64,000 bases of DNA from contig CAVSIB010000007.1 of NCBI GenBank assembly GCA_963727835.1, positions 4,429-68,428 on the forward strand. Reading direction: 5' to 3'. The position numbers and the translations under genes were made by a program. Positions within the stretch are counted from its first letter, which is position 1, and each line of letters begins with the position of its first letter. Below, one piece after another: positions 1 through 10,322 of the stretch. Below the pieces are notes generated by a model, which was not told the origin of the DNA, ran no database searches, and saw only the letters and a program-made list of their open reading frames with translations. The DNA is from an uncultured delta proteobacterium (GTDB taxonomy: Bacteria > Desulfobacterota > WTBG01 > JAGOGO01).

Positions 1-45
1 CCCTTTGTTTCGAGAATTTATTCGTGCATCCTTAAGGTACAAACC

Positions 46-873
46 ATGACCGGCGAAGTAGCCATAACCAACCATATTAAAATCGGAGGGGGGAATCCTC
101 TCGTATTAATTGCCGGTCCCTGTGTAATCGAAACCGAAAAGAAAACCCTATGGCTCGCTCAGGAGCTTAAGACAATTACCGAAAAAATGAACATCCCCTT
201 TATCTTTAAATCGTCTTATGATAAGGCTAACCGCACCTCGATCAATTCTTACCGGGGACCTGGATTAAAGGAAGGATTGAGAATCTTGGCAAAGGTGAAA
301 AAAAATTTGGGCGTCCCTATCCTCTCGGATGTGCATCAACTCTCAGAAATCAGCCAAGCAGAAAAAGTTTTGGATATTATCCAAATCCCTGCCTTCTTAT
401 GCCGTCAAACTGACCTTATCGTTAAAGCTGCACGTACCGGGAAACCAATCAATATAAAAAAAGGACAATTCCTTTCCCCCTATGAAATCGGGCCGATCAC
501 CAAAAAGATAACCACCTGTAATAATCCCCATATCCTTTTAACTGAACGAGGGACATCTTTTGGTTACAACAACTTAGTCGTTGATATGCGATCATTGGTG
601 ATCATGCGAAGGTTCGGGTTTCCCATAATCTTTGATGCCACCCACAGCGTCCAGCTCCCCGGAGGAGAAGGCACTGCTTCTGGTGGGGAACGGGAATTTA
701 TCCCTTATCTGACAATGGCTGCAACCGCAGTAGGTGTTGATGGGGTATACTTAGAGGTCCATGACAATCCCGAAGAAGCACTTTGTGATGGCCCCAATTC
801 CTTAAAGATTTCTGAACTTACTCCTTTACTTAAGAAAATGAAAAAAATATCCACCACCAGTGAAAAAAGGTAG
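46..873 (+). CDS. kdsA: KDO8P synthase
   Basis: Motifs IAGPCVIE, DKANRTS, QIPAFLCRQT, KKGQFL, DATHSVQ. Confidence 0.97.
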   Translation: MTGEVAITNHIKIGGGNPLVLIAGPCVIETEKKTLWLAQELKTITEKMNIPFIFKSSYDKANRTSINSYRGPGLKEGLRILAKVKKNLGVPILSDVHQLSEISQAEKVLDIIQIPAFLCRQTDLIVKAARTGKPINIKKGQFLSPYEIGPITKKITTCNNPHILLTERGTSFGYNNLVVDMRSLVIMRRFGFPIIFDATHSVQLPGGEGTASGGEREFIPYLTMAATAVGVDGVYLEVHDNPEEALCDGPNSLKISELTPLLKKMKKISTTSEKR

Positions 874-876
874 AAC

Positions 877-1842
877 ATGATCTTGGAAACTGCCAAGCGA
901 GTTTTAAAAATTGAAGCTGAGTCAATTTTGAACCTTATTGACACAATTGATGACAACTTTGTCCGTGCCGTTGATCTCATCTCAAAATGCAAAGGCAAAG
1001 TGGTCCTGACCGGGATTGGAAAATCAGGGTTTATCAGTACAAAAATCGCCTCCACCTTAGCGAGTACCGGGACTCCGGCTTTTTTCCTCCACCCTGCTGA
1101 AGGCATCCACGGCGATCTGGGGATGCTCTCTCCCAAAGATGTCGTAATCGTTATCTCCAAAAGTGGTGAAACTGATGAAGTCCTTCAATTACTTCCGCTC
1201 CTTAAACATTTGAGTCTAAAAATAATTGTCTTTACTGGCAATGCGAATTCTACGTTAGCCTCGCGGGGCAATATCGTCATCAACACTAGTGTCAAGGAAG
1301 AAGCGTGTCCCTGGGGTTTTGTTCCTACCTCTTCAACCACTGCTGCTTTAGCTATGGGCGATGCCCTAGCCATGGCAGTCCTAAAAAAAAGGGGGTTCAA
1401 ACAGGAAGATTTTGCCATCCTTCATCCCGGAGGAACGTTAGGAAAAAGGCTCCTCTTAAAAGTTAAGGATCTTACGCACCGCGGAAGCTCTGTTCCTTTG
1501 GTACGAGAAAATACCATCATGAAAGATGCTTTATTAGAAATGACCTCCAAGCGGCTTGGGGTAACTGGAGTGGTGAATAAAAATAAAATTTTGGTCGGGG
1601 TGATTACTGATGGAGACCTGCGCCGAGCTTTGGAAAAACATAGCGATTTGCTCAACAAAAAAGCCATAGAAATCATGACTACCAACCCGAAATGGGTCTC
1701 CGAGGACACACTGGCTGTCATTGCCCTCGAAATGATGGAAAAGTATACCATTACCACCCTTTTTGTCTATAAAGGGAAAAAACCAAACCGGGTGGTTGGG
1801 GTTATCCATTTGCACGATTTGCTCAAAGCAGGAATTGTCTAG
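877..1842 (+). CDS. kdsD: Arabinose-5-phosphate isomerase (SIS + CBS domains)
   Basis: GIGKSG, STGTPAFFLHPAEGIHGDLG, HPGGTLG and a C-terminal CBS pair; lies between kdsA and kdsC. Confidence 0.96.
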   Translation: MILETAKRVLKIEAESILNLIDTIDDNFVRAVDLISKCKGKVVLTGIGKSGFISTKIASTLASTGTPAFFLHPAEGIHGDLGMLSPKDVVIVISKSGETDEVLQLLPLLKHLSLKIIVFTGNANSTLASRGNIVINTSVKEEACPWGFVPTSSTTAALAMGDALAMAVLKKRGFKQEDFAILHPGGTLGKRLLLKVKDLTHRGSSVPLVRENTIMKDALLEMTSKRLGVTGVVNKNKILVGVITDGDLRRALEKHSDLLNKKAIEIMTTNPKWVSEDTLAVIALEMMEKYTITTLFVYKGKKPNRVVGVIHLHDLLKAGIV

Positions 1843-1843
1843 G

Positions 1844-2356
1844 ATGATAGAAAAAGCCAAAAAAGTCCGGCTGCTGATTTTAGACGTTGATGGAGTTTTG
1901 ACCGATGGAGCAATAATTTATTCCGATAAAGGAGGAGAATCAAAATCATTCAATGTCAAGGACGGGCTGGGAATAAAGATGTTGATCAAAGGGGGGATAA
2001 AAGTGGCAATCATTTCCGGTCGGAAGTCACGGGCAGTAGAATATCGAGCTAAAGATTTGGGTATCCAAGAAGTTTACCAAGGGATAAAAGACAAGGTGGC
2101 GGTATTTGATGAAATTTTAAAAAGGAATAAAATAAATCCTGAGGAGATAGGTTTTATGGGAGATGACCTGATTGACTTACCCCTTTTATATCGTGTGGGG
2201 TTTGCCATTGGGGTTTCCGATGCAGTGAAAGAAGTTAAAAAAGCTGTTGATTATGTAACCAGACTCCCGGGGGGAAAGGGAGCGGTTCGAGAAGTGTGTG
2301 AGTTACTATTAACATCACAGAAAAAGTGGAAAGGATGTCTCGAACAATTGCAATAG
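1844..2356 (+). CDS. kdsC: KDO8P phosphatase (HAD family)
   Basis: DVDGVLTDG, FNVKDGLG, GDDLID, GGKGAVRE; start moved to ATG 1844 just after the kdsD stop. Confidence 0.95.
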   Translation: MIEKAKKVRLLILDVDGVLTDGAIIYSDKGGESKSFNVKDGLGIKMLIKGGIKVAIISGRKSRAVEYRAKDLGIQEVYQGIKDKVAVFDEILKRNKINPEEIGFMGDDLIDLPLLYRVGFAIGVSDAVKEVKKAVDYVTRLPGGKGAVREVCELLLTSQKKWKGCLEQLQ

Positions 2357-2389
2357 TCCTACACGCCTTTTCCTTTAGGGTTTGCTAAC

Positions 2390-2981
2390 GTGAAATTTAT
2401 ACCAAAGAAAATTACTTTTAAGAGAACAAAACTTTTCTTGGCCGGAATAGGGGTCGCTTCTTTTTTGGGGATCATAATAGTCTTAACCCTAACGTTATCA
2501 GAAAAAGAAACCCCCAAACTTCCACCTGCACCCGAAAATCCTCAAGGGGCTGATATCATAATAAATAATTTTGAATATACTTCAACCAATGCGCAAGGTG
2601 TTAAGGAGTGGACGCTTAAGTCTGATACTGCCAGCTATTTTCAGGATAATAAGATGGTGGGATTCAAAAAAGTAAACGCCACATTTTATACGAAGGAAGG
2701 CCGAACTTTTACCGTGCGGGGAGATAAAGGCACTTTGAATACCGAATCCAAAGACTTTGAGTTATCAGGCAATGTAGTGGGCACTTCAAGTGACGGCTAT
2801 ATCATTTCGAACCGAGACGTTAGCCTACTCGGCTGATAAAAACCAAGCCCGTACTAACAAGAAAGTTTATCTGGAAAATCCTCAGTTTAAGCTGGAAGGA
2901 ACAGGAATGGTTTTGGACGTAAAAGAACAAAAAGTATTTCTGGCCAACAGTGTAACGGCTAAGATAACAAAAACGAAATAA
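2390..2981 (+). CDS. lptC: LPS export protein LptC (frameshift near 2800)
   Basis: N-terminal TM helix plus beta-jellyroll-like sequence split over ORFs 2390-2836 and 2790-2981; canonical position. Confidence 0.85.
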
Positions 2982-3092
2982 GAATGCTGTTTAGTTTTGG
3001 CGTAATGGGGTGATAAGGGCTTTTTGATTGTCTGCCTTACTCCCATACTCCAATTTTTGACAATCCATAACCCCTACGTATGGGAAAATATT

Positions 3093-4473
3093 ATGATTAG
3101 TTACAAAAATAGCGATAAATATTTGCAAGGATTTCTTTCCAAAAAAACAGTTTTTGGTGTTTTTTTGGTCTTACTCATTCTGTTGTGGGTTGGAGGTAAA
3201 AACACCCTCTGTGGCAAAAGCACTGCCCAAGTCGGAATCCTTCCCTTTCAAATTTTTAGTGGGGAGAAAGTGGAATATCTCAACGAGGTCATTGCCACTA
3301 ATTTATCCCAGCAATTACAAACAAAAGAGGGGTTTACCATTCTTAACCAAAAAGAGATTAATAGCCTGTCCGGGAAAAAAGCAGGTTCGGGAGCTTTTTC
3401 CCTTCAAGAACTAAGTCTTATAGCAGAGGAAACGGGAGCTCAGTTTCTCATTTATGGCAGCCTAACCAAAATCGAAGATAATTTAAGTATCGATGCCCGA
3501 GTATTTACTACTTTGGGGTCCTCGCCCCCGTATAAAGATTTTGTGGAAGGAAAGGATTTGGACCTCTTGCTGAAAAATTTGGGAGATAAAATTTCTCATC
3601 ATGTCTCACAGGTAGTTCTTGCGTCACCGCCCCCGGTGGTAATCGCAGAAGCACCCAATAGCCAACCCCATCCGCTCCTCCCGCAACAGGATCAGAAACT
3701 ACGCAGGGGAAAGTGCCATCTTCTTCCGTCATAAAAGAGTCTCCTTCGAGTAAAACCAAATCTCCCCCTCAAGGGGAAGAAACGGCAACAACTCAGCGCA
3801 CGTAATGGAGCAGCCTTCTGAGCCAAGGGCTGAACTACTGCCATCTTCTTCCGTCATAAAAGAGTCTCCTTCGGGTAAAACCAAATCTCCCCCTCAAGGG
3901 GAAGAAACGGCAACAACTCAAGCGCACGTAATGGAGCAGCCTTCTGAGCCAAGGGCTGAGCCTACTGCCGAAGCTTCTTCCGAACACCCCAAAAAAGCAT
4001 CTGATGATAAGACGCAACTTTTTAAACCTAAAGCCTTAGGCTCAGACCAACCCGTAAATATCACCTCTGACCGAATGGTGGCGGATAACCGAAATCGGAC
4101 GGTAAATTTCCTGGGTAATGTGGTATCCAAGCGGGAAGATATGATTATGTTTTCTGATCAACTTTCTGCGGTTTATACTGAACAAAGCAATATCGAAAAG
4201 ATCATCGCCCGGGGCAATGTAAAGATTCATCAAACTGATCGAACTGCCACCTGTCAAGAAGCAACTTTTTTTCAATTGCGCCAACAGATTGTCATGACTG
4301 GAAAACCCAAAGTCTGGCAAAACAAAAACATCATAACCGGAGATAAAATCACTATTTTTATCAAAGAAGACCGTGTGGAAGTTGAATCCGACAAGCAAGA
4401 AGGCGGAAAACAAGGCCGGGTAAACGCAATAATTTATCCGGGAGCAAAAGGATCTAAACCAATAACCGAGTAA
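3093..4473 (+). CDS. lptA: LptA with an extra N-terminal domain and Pro/Ser/Glu-rich linker (two apparent frameshifts between about 3655 and 3800)
   Basis: C-terminal OstA/LptA motifs PVNITSDRM, FLGNVV, IIARGNV, GDKITIF, GRVNAII; directly upstream of lptB; upstream ORF 3093-3734 joins it if two indels are corrected. Confidence 0.8.
3714..3964 (+). repeat. Tandem duplication of about 125-126 bp in the lptA linker
   Basis: TGCCATCTTCTTCCGTCATAAAAGAG...CCAAGGGCTGA starts at 3714 and again at 3839, near-identical. Confidence 0.95.
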
Positions 4474-4479
4474 AAACCC

Positions 4480-5250
4480 ATGGAAATTATTTCAGAAGGC
4501 TTAACCAAATTTTACGGAAAACGAAAAGTAGTTAATGAGGTAAATCTCAACGTTAAAGCTGGTGAGGTCGTAGGACTCCTCGGCCCAAATGGAGCAGGGA
4601 AAACTACTACGTTTTATATGATCGTAGGCCTTATTAAACCTAATCAAGGAAAGGTCATGCTCAATAACGAAGAAATTACTGATTTTCCCATGTATCTCCG
4701 GGCACGAAAGGGGATTAGTTATCTACCCCAGGAAACTTCGGTTTTCAGGAACCTCACGGTAGAAGAAAATATTATGGCCATCCTTGAGACCCTCGATATA
4801 AGTCAAGAAGAACGAGAGCTTCGTTTAAATAAACTTCTTAACGATCTGAATCTTCAGGCTTTGGCAAAAAACAAAGCCTATTCTCTATCCGGAGGAGAAC
4901 GTCGCCGGGTAGAAATTAGCCGGGCTTTAGTTACCTCACCTTCTTTTCTTCTTTTAGATGAGCCTTTCACCGGTATTGATCCTATTGCGGTTGGAGAAAT
5001 TCAAGAGATTATTCGCGGCCTCAAGGGGAAAAATATGGGTATCCTTATTTCTGACCATAACTACCAAGAAACCCTGCTGATTTGTGACCGATCATACATT
5101 CTTTATAAAGGTCGGATTGTCGAAGAGGGTGATTCGGAAAAAATTTATCGGAGCAAAAAAGCGCGTGAAGCCTATTTGGGAGAAAAGTCCCTACTGGGAA
5201 TCGGTGAGGTAAGGGCTGAGTTGAAAAAGTTAAGAGATGAATTATCATAA
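4480..5250 (+). CDS. lptB: LPS export ABC ATPase
   Basis: GLLGPNGAGKTT, YLPQE, LSGGERRRVEI, LLDEPF. Confidence 0.97.
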   Translation: MEIISEGLTKFYGKRKVVNEVNLNVKAGEVVGLLGPNGAGKTTTFYMIVGLIKPNQGKVMLNNEEITDFPMYLRARKGISYLPQETSVFRNLTVEENIMAILETLDISQEERELRLNKLLNDLNLQALAKNKAYSLSGGERRRVEISRALVTSPSFLLLDEPFTGIDPIAVGEIQEIIRGLKGKNMGILISDHNYQETLLICDRSYILYKGRIVEEGDSEKIYRSKKAREAYLGEKSLLGIGEVRAELKKLRDELS

Positions 5251-5261
5251 AATGTGTTGAT

Positions 5262-6719
5262 ATGGCGTTGGAACTCAAACAAACTTTAAAACTTACTCAA
5301 CAGCTGGTAATGACCCCTCAGCTCCAGCAGGCCATTAAACTCCTCCAGCTTTCGCGAATAGAACTGTTAGACCTCATCCGCCAAGAAATGCAAGAAAATC
5401 CCATCTTGGAAGAAGCCCAAGAAAACACCACGGAGAAAACTGATAAAGAAACCCAAATTACTGAAGAAATAAGTACGTCCGGAGAAGAAAAAGCAGGTTC
5501 TAACAACGGATCCAAAGACGCTGATTTTGATTGGCGTAATTATCTCTATCACGACGCTAAAACCCCATGGGAACCTTCCTTCTCTGATCGAGAAGAAAAT
5601 GATGATGAATCTATGTCGTTTTTTGAAAGGAGTCCGGATAAGAAAGGCAGCCTCCAAAATGATCTTTTCGAACAGCTTGTATTCTCGCCCTTAACCTTGG
5701 AAGAAAAAAAACTGGCGCAACTCATCATTGGCAACCTCGATAATAATGGATATTTAGCCGCTACCTTAGAAGAGCTGGCCTTATTATCCAGCACCACAAT
5801 CAATACAATTGAAACCATTTTGAAGGAGGTTCAAAAATTCGATCCCCCGGGAGTGGCAGCACGAAATTTAAAAGAATGTCTTCTTCTTCAACTGACTAAT
5901 GTTAGAGAAAAAGATAAAATTTTTATCGAAAAAATCCTTGACCGCCACATGAACAACTTGGGCGCCAAAAAATATGATGTTATCGCCAAAGACCTCCAGG
6001 TTCGCCGGGAAGATGTGATCAGGGCAGTCAAAATCATTCATTCTTTGGACCCAAAGCCTGGTCGAGCTTTCGATACCGAAGAGCCCAAATATATTACCCC
6101 TGATCTTTATGTTTATAAAATCGGAGAAGAATTTGTTGTAGTACTTAACGAGGATGGGTTGCCTCGACTCCATATTAACGCTTTTTACCGGCAAATCCTC
6201 GCTAATAACAACCGTGTCGCCGAGGATTCTAAAGAATATATTCAGAATAAACTACGCTCAGCGGTATGGCTGATAAAAAGTATTTATCACCGTCAAAATA
6301 CCTTGCGAAATGTCATGTATAGTATTATTAACTTTCAAAAAGATTTTTTTAACAAAGGGATCGACTGTTTAAAGCCGCTCGTTTTGAGGGACGTAGCGGA
6401 AGACATCAGCATGCACGAATCAACCGTAAGTCGGGCTACCAATAATAAATATGTCCATACCTCGCATGGAATTTTTGAGTTAAAATTCTTTTTTAATAGT
6501 AGTATAAACTCTATGGATGGAGATCACTTTGCCTCAAAAAGCGTTAAGGATATGATCAGGAAAATCATCGCCATAGAAAATACAAGCTCTCCTTATAGTG
6601 ATCAGAAAATTGTGGAAATTTTAAAGGGTAAAAATATTAATATTGCTCGGCGAACGGTAACCAAATACCGTGAAATGATGTCCATCCTCCCCTCCCATAT
6701 AAGGAAGCAAGCATTTTAA
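5262..6719 (+). CDS. rpoN: RNA polymerase sigma-54 factor
   Basis: TPQLQQAIKLLQL, HESTVSR and the RpoN box ARRTVTKYRE. Confidence 0.98.
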   Translation: MALELKQTLKLTQQLVMTPQLQQAIKLLQLSRIELLDLIRQEMQENPILEEAQENTTEKTDKETQITEEISTSGEEKAGSNNGSKDADFDWRNYLYHDAKTPWEPSFSDREENDDESMSFFERSPDKKGSLQNDLFEQLVFSPLTLEEKKLAQLIIGNLDNNGYLAATLEELALLSSTTINTIETILKEVQKFDPPGVAARNLKECLLLQLTNVREKDKIFIEKILDRHMNNLGAKKYDVIAKDLQVRREDVIRAVKIIHSLDPKPGRAFDTEEPKYITPDLYVYKIGEEFVVVLNEDGLPRLHINAFYRQILANNNRVAEDSKEYIQNKLRSAVWLIKSIYHRQNTLRNVMYSIINFQKDFFNKGIDCLKPLVLRDVAEDISMHESTVSRATNNKYVHTSHGIFELKFFFNSSINSMDGDHFASKSVKDMIRKIIAIENTSSPYSDQKIVEILKGKNINIARRTVTKYREMMSILPSHIRKQAF

Positions 6720-6793
6720 AACAAAAAATCACTAGGGAAGACAACAATGAAGTTGTTTGTTTAAAACTAATTAAAGTTGAGGTATAAAAAGCT

Positions 6794-7339
6794 ATGGAAA
6801 TTTCTGTGACCTTTAGGCATGTAGAACCAAATGACGCCCTAAAAAAATATGCGGAAGAAAAAATCTCCCGAATTAAAAAATTTTTTGATCGGGGGGTAAA
6901 AGCCGAAGCAGTGCTTGCGGTAGAAAAAAGAAGGTTTATTGCAGAAGTGAATATCATTGCCGATGGAATTAAGCTCAACAGCAAGGAGACTTCCAACGAA
7001 AACCTCTTCACCGCTATTGACCTTGTCATGGATAAACTGCTGACTCAGGCGAGCCGCTACAAATCAAAGCTTAAAAAGAAAAAAGGAGCCCCAGAATTTA
7101 CTATCCGCCACAATATTATCTCCTTCGAAAGCGGAAGCGATACTCAAAGCCATAAAGTAATCCACACCGAACACTATTTTGTAAAACCCATGACAGTAGA
7201 AGAAGCGGTCATGCAGCTTGACGTGATAAAAAAAGATTTTTTGGTTTTTACTAATGCTCAATCACATCGAGTCAACGTTTTATACCAACGCCGCGATGGA
7301 AATTACGGATTAATTGAAACCGAAAGTTTGAATGAATAA
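6794..7339 (+). CDS. hpf: Ribosome hibernation promoting factor (long HPF)
   Basis: N-terminal S30AE domain and C-terminal KPMTVEEAVMQL..FLVF..YQRRDGNYGLI. Confidence 0.93.
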   Translation: MEISVTFRHVEPNDALKKYAEEKISRIKKFFDRGVKAEAVLAVEKRRFIAEVNIIADGIKLNSKETSNENLFTAIDLVMDKLLTQASRYKSKLKKKKGAPEFTIRHNIISFESGSDTQSHKVIHTEHYFVKPMTVEEAVMQLDVIKKDFLVFTNAQSHRVNVLYQRRDGNYGLIETESLNE

Positions 7340-7372
7340 AAAAAGACCTTATTTGTTCCGAGAGGATTTATC

Positions 7373-7834
7373 ATGAAAATTACCGAATTAATGAACAAAG
7401 ACCTTATTATTCCCATGGTTGTCGCCAAAACAAAAAAAGAAGCATTAAAAGAATTGGTGGATTGTGTAGTAAAAAAAGAGTCGACGGTTGACAGCGCCGA
7501 ACTTCTCCGAGTTCTTTTAGAACGAGAAGAACTCGGCTCAACCGGGATCGGAGATGGAATCGCCATTCCCCACGGAAAAATTAAAAAGATAGAAAATTTG
7601 ATCGTTTCTTTTGGCCGAAGCCTTGATGGAGTGGATTTTCAATCGATGGATGGAAAACCAACGCACATTATTTTCCTTCTTATTGCTCCAGAAAATTCGG
7701 CTGGTATCCATTTAAAAGCTTTAGCACGAATTTCGCGGTTATTGAAAGACAGCGCCTTTCGAAGAAATATTATGGGAGCCACCACCTCCCAGGAAATCTA
7801 TGATATCATCGCCCAGGAAGATGAAAAATATTAA
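7373..7834 (+). CDS. ptsN: PTS EIIA-Ntr
   Basis: REELGSTGIGDGIAIPHG, HLKALARISRLL. Confidence 0.93.
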   Translation: MKITELMNKDLIIPMVVAKTKKEALKELVDCVVKKESTVDSAELLRVLLEREELGSTGIGDGIAIPHGKIKKIENLIVSFGRSLDGVDFQSMDGKPTHIIFLLIAPENSAGIHLKALARISRLLKDSAFRRNIMGATTSQEIYDIIAQEDEKY

Positions 7835-7865
7835 GGTTACCGATTGCTGCTTACACAAAAAAATC

Positions 7866-7900
7866 ACGGGGTTGATCTTCGGACGATCAGCCCTTTTTTT
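7866..7900 (+). terminator. Hairpin with T-tract between ptsN and rapZ
   Basis: GGGTTGATC-ttcggac-GATCAGCCC followed by TTTTTTT. Confidence 0.55.
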
Positions 7901-7960
7901 GTGCACGTTGTGATTGTGACTGAGGGTGAGAATTTAAAAACTGGGTTTACAAAAAATATT

Positions 7961-8836
7961 ATGGCGGCAAAATATATTAGAATCGTTATTGTTACCGGTC
8001 TTTCAGGCTCAGGTAAGACCACGGTTTTAAAAGCTTTAGAAGACCTTGGCTTTTACTGTGTGGATAACCTGCCCCCTATCCTTTTTCCACGGTTTATCGA
8101 ATTGTGTGAAGGTTTTACGTGGGAAAAAATTAGTAAAATCGGTCTCGGGATGGATATCCGAGAAGGAGAATTCCTTAACGAATATCCCAGAATCTTTAAA
8201 GAGCTTCGCTCGCACGGTTATACTCCTGAGGTTATCTTCTTGGAATCATCCGATGCGACTTTAGTACGCCGTTTTAGCGAGACCAGGCGCCAACACCCCC
8301 TTGACATCAAAGGCTCTATCCCAGACAGGATAAAGCTGGAAAGGGATCGCTTATCGGCATTAAAGGAAACGGCTTCTATAATTATTGACACCTCAGAGTA
8401 CACGGTACATGACCTGCAGAAAAAAATCTTCGCGGCTTTTCAAGTGCTCACAAATAAATCGCGGCTAACCATTCACGTGGTTTCTTTTGGCTATCGGTTT
8501 GGCATTCCGTTTGAAGCGGATATTGTGATTGATGTCCGTTTTATTCCCAATCCTTATTTCATAGACGAGCTTCGCCCGTTATCCGGGAACGATGAAAAAG
8601 TGAAAAGTTTCGTCTCGGAAAAACAAGAAACAAAACTTTTCCTTAAAAAGTTTGAGGAACTGTTAACCTTTTTGATCCCACTCTATGAAAAGGAGGGTAA
8701 ATCAAACCTTACTATCGCCATTGGTTGCACCGGCGGACGTCATCGTTCCGTCAGTATCGTTAACCTGTTAAAAATCTTTTTTGATGAAAATATTTACTCA
8801 CTTCATATCCGTCATCGAGACGTGGATAAAGTTTAA
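7961..8836 (+). CDS. rapZ: RNase adapter RapZ
   Basis: VTGLSGSGKT, VDNLP, RRFSETRRQHP, SFGYRFG, GCTGGRHRSV; ATG 7961 chosen as start. Confidence 0.95.
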   Translation: MAAKYIRIVIVTGLSGSGKTTVLKALEDLGFYCVDNLPPILFPRFIELCEGFTWEKISKIGLGMDIREGEFLNEYPRIFKELRSHGYTPEVIFLESSDATLVRRFSETRRQHPLDIKGSIPDRIKLERDRLSALKETASIIIDTSEYTVHDLQKKIFAAFQVLTNKSRLTIHVVSFGYRFGIPFEADIVIDVRFIPNPYFIDELRPLSGNDEKVKSFVSEKQETKLFLKKFEELLTFLIPLYEKEGKSNLTIAIGCTGGRHRSVSIVNLLKIFFDENIYSLHIRHRDVDKV

Positions 8837-8845
8837 AAGAAAGAG

Positions 8846-9280
8846 GTGCCAAACATGATTGGAATAGTTATTGTTGCCCATTTTGGTTTAGCGGAAAAAT
8901 TTCTCGACGCAGCTGAGAAGATTGTCAGGAAAAAACCAAAAAATACGGTAACCGTTTCGATTGATCCTGGGAAAGATGTAAATGAATTCAAACAGGAAAT
9001 CGTTAAAGCGATCAAGAAAGTTGATGAAAAAGAAGGTGTTTTAATTTTTACCGACATGTTTGGTGGCACACCGTGTAACATGAGTCTGGCGTTTCTCAAA
9101 GAAGGAAAAGTCGAAGTACTAACCGGACTTAATCTTCCCATGCTCATCGAAGTTTTGGATATTCAGACCAACGGAAGGTCACTTAACGATTTAGCCCAAT
9201 ACATCCAAACATTGGGACAAAAAAATATTTGTCTTGCGAGTGAAATACTTAATAAAAAATCAAATAATACAAAAAATTGA
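8846..9280 (+). CDS. PTS mannose/fructose-type EIIA
   Basis: GIVIVAH, LIFTDMFGGTPCN, GLNLPML. Confidence 0.9.
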   Translation: MPNMIGIVIVAHFGLAEKFLDAAEKIVRKKPKNTVTVSIDPGKDVNEFKQEIVKAIKKVDEKEGVLIFTDMFGGTPCNMSLAFLKEGKVEVLTGLNLPMLIEVLDIQTNGRSLNDLAQYIQTLGQKNICLASEILNKKSNNTKN

Positions 9281-9503
9281 CTCAAACCAGTTTCTCATCG
9301 AATCTAGGGAGGAGCAAGATATCAGCATTGCTTTGCAGTGCGAGCGGATAATGATTCCATCTATCACAATTACAAAAAACGCGCTTTTCTGGCACTGAGG
9401 TAGTATGCCCATGGATACAGGTAAAAGTGGTTTATCGAGGGAACGTGATTGAAGGTTTTTTTACTAACAACGCTTAAAAAGAAAAAATATCGCCTAAAGT
9501 TCC

Positions 9504-10322
9504 ATGAAGGATAGTAAAACTAAAATCGTTTTCAATCAAGAGGTAGCCCCTGCTTGTTTTCGCATGGTTTTGTCTGGTCCTTTAGATAATTTTATTATTA
9601 AGCCAGGACAGTTTATTATGCTCAGACTTGGGATGAGTTACGATCCCCTTCTTCGCCGCCCTTTCGCTACGCATAGGTTTAAAACTCCTGAAAGAGGTTT
9701 TTTAGAAATTTTTTACCAGGTTGTTGGTTATGGTACCCACATCATGTCCCGCATGCTCCCTGGTACTGAACTGGCGTTATTGGGGCCATTAGGAAAAGGA
9801 TTTGAATTTTCTGGAACGCTGAGCACTGCATTGATTGTGGCTGGAGGCATGGGTATTGTCCCTCTTCGGGGACTGATTTACTCTTTGGTTGAATCGGGTA
9901 TAAAAAATATTCAGATTTTCATGGGGGCAAAGTCTACTTCGCAACTCCTGTTTCTAACGGAATTCCAGAGAATGAATATCCCCGTGCATTGTGCAACTGA
10001 AGATGGAAGCAGCGGATATCATGGTTTGGTAACTGATCTTTTCCACCGATTTTTAGATAACCATGCTTTTAAGGCTGATCATCATACGATGTGTTTTGCT
10101 TGTGGCCCTCGTCCAATGTTAGCTAAGACGGCAAGCCTAAGCTTGAAATACCAATTACCCTGTCAGGTCTCTTTAGAGTCCCGGATGGCCTGCGGCATTG
10201 GAGTGTGCCTTGGCTGTGCGGTTAAACTGAAGCAACAAACTCACCACGATCAGGATCAAAAAAAATACGGACGGGTTTGCCTCGAGGGTCCAGTTTTTGA
10301 TGCCAAGGAAATAGAATGGTAA
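9504..10322 (+). CDS. pyrK: Dihydroorotate dehydrogenase electron transfer subunit
   Basis: PGQFIM, LRRPF, GPLGKGF, MACGIGVCLGC, CLEGPVF. Confidence 0.95.
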   Translation: MKDSKTKIVFNQEVAPACFRMVLSGPLDNFIIKPGQFIMLRLGMSYDPLLRRPFATHRFKTPERGFLEIFYQVVGYGTHIMSRMLPGTELALLGPLGKGFEFSGTLSTALIVAGGMGIVPLRGLIYSLVESGIKNIQIFMGAKSTSQLLFLTEFQRMNIPVHCATEDGSSGYHGLVTDLFHRFLDNHAFKADHHTMCFACGPRPMLAKTASLSLKYQLPCQVSLESRMACGIGVCLGCAVKLKQQTHHDQDQKKYGRVCLEGPVFDAKEIEW

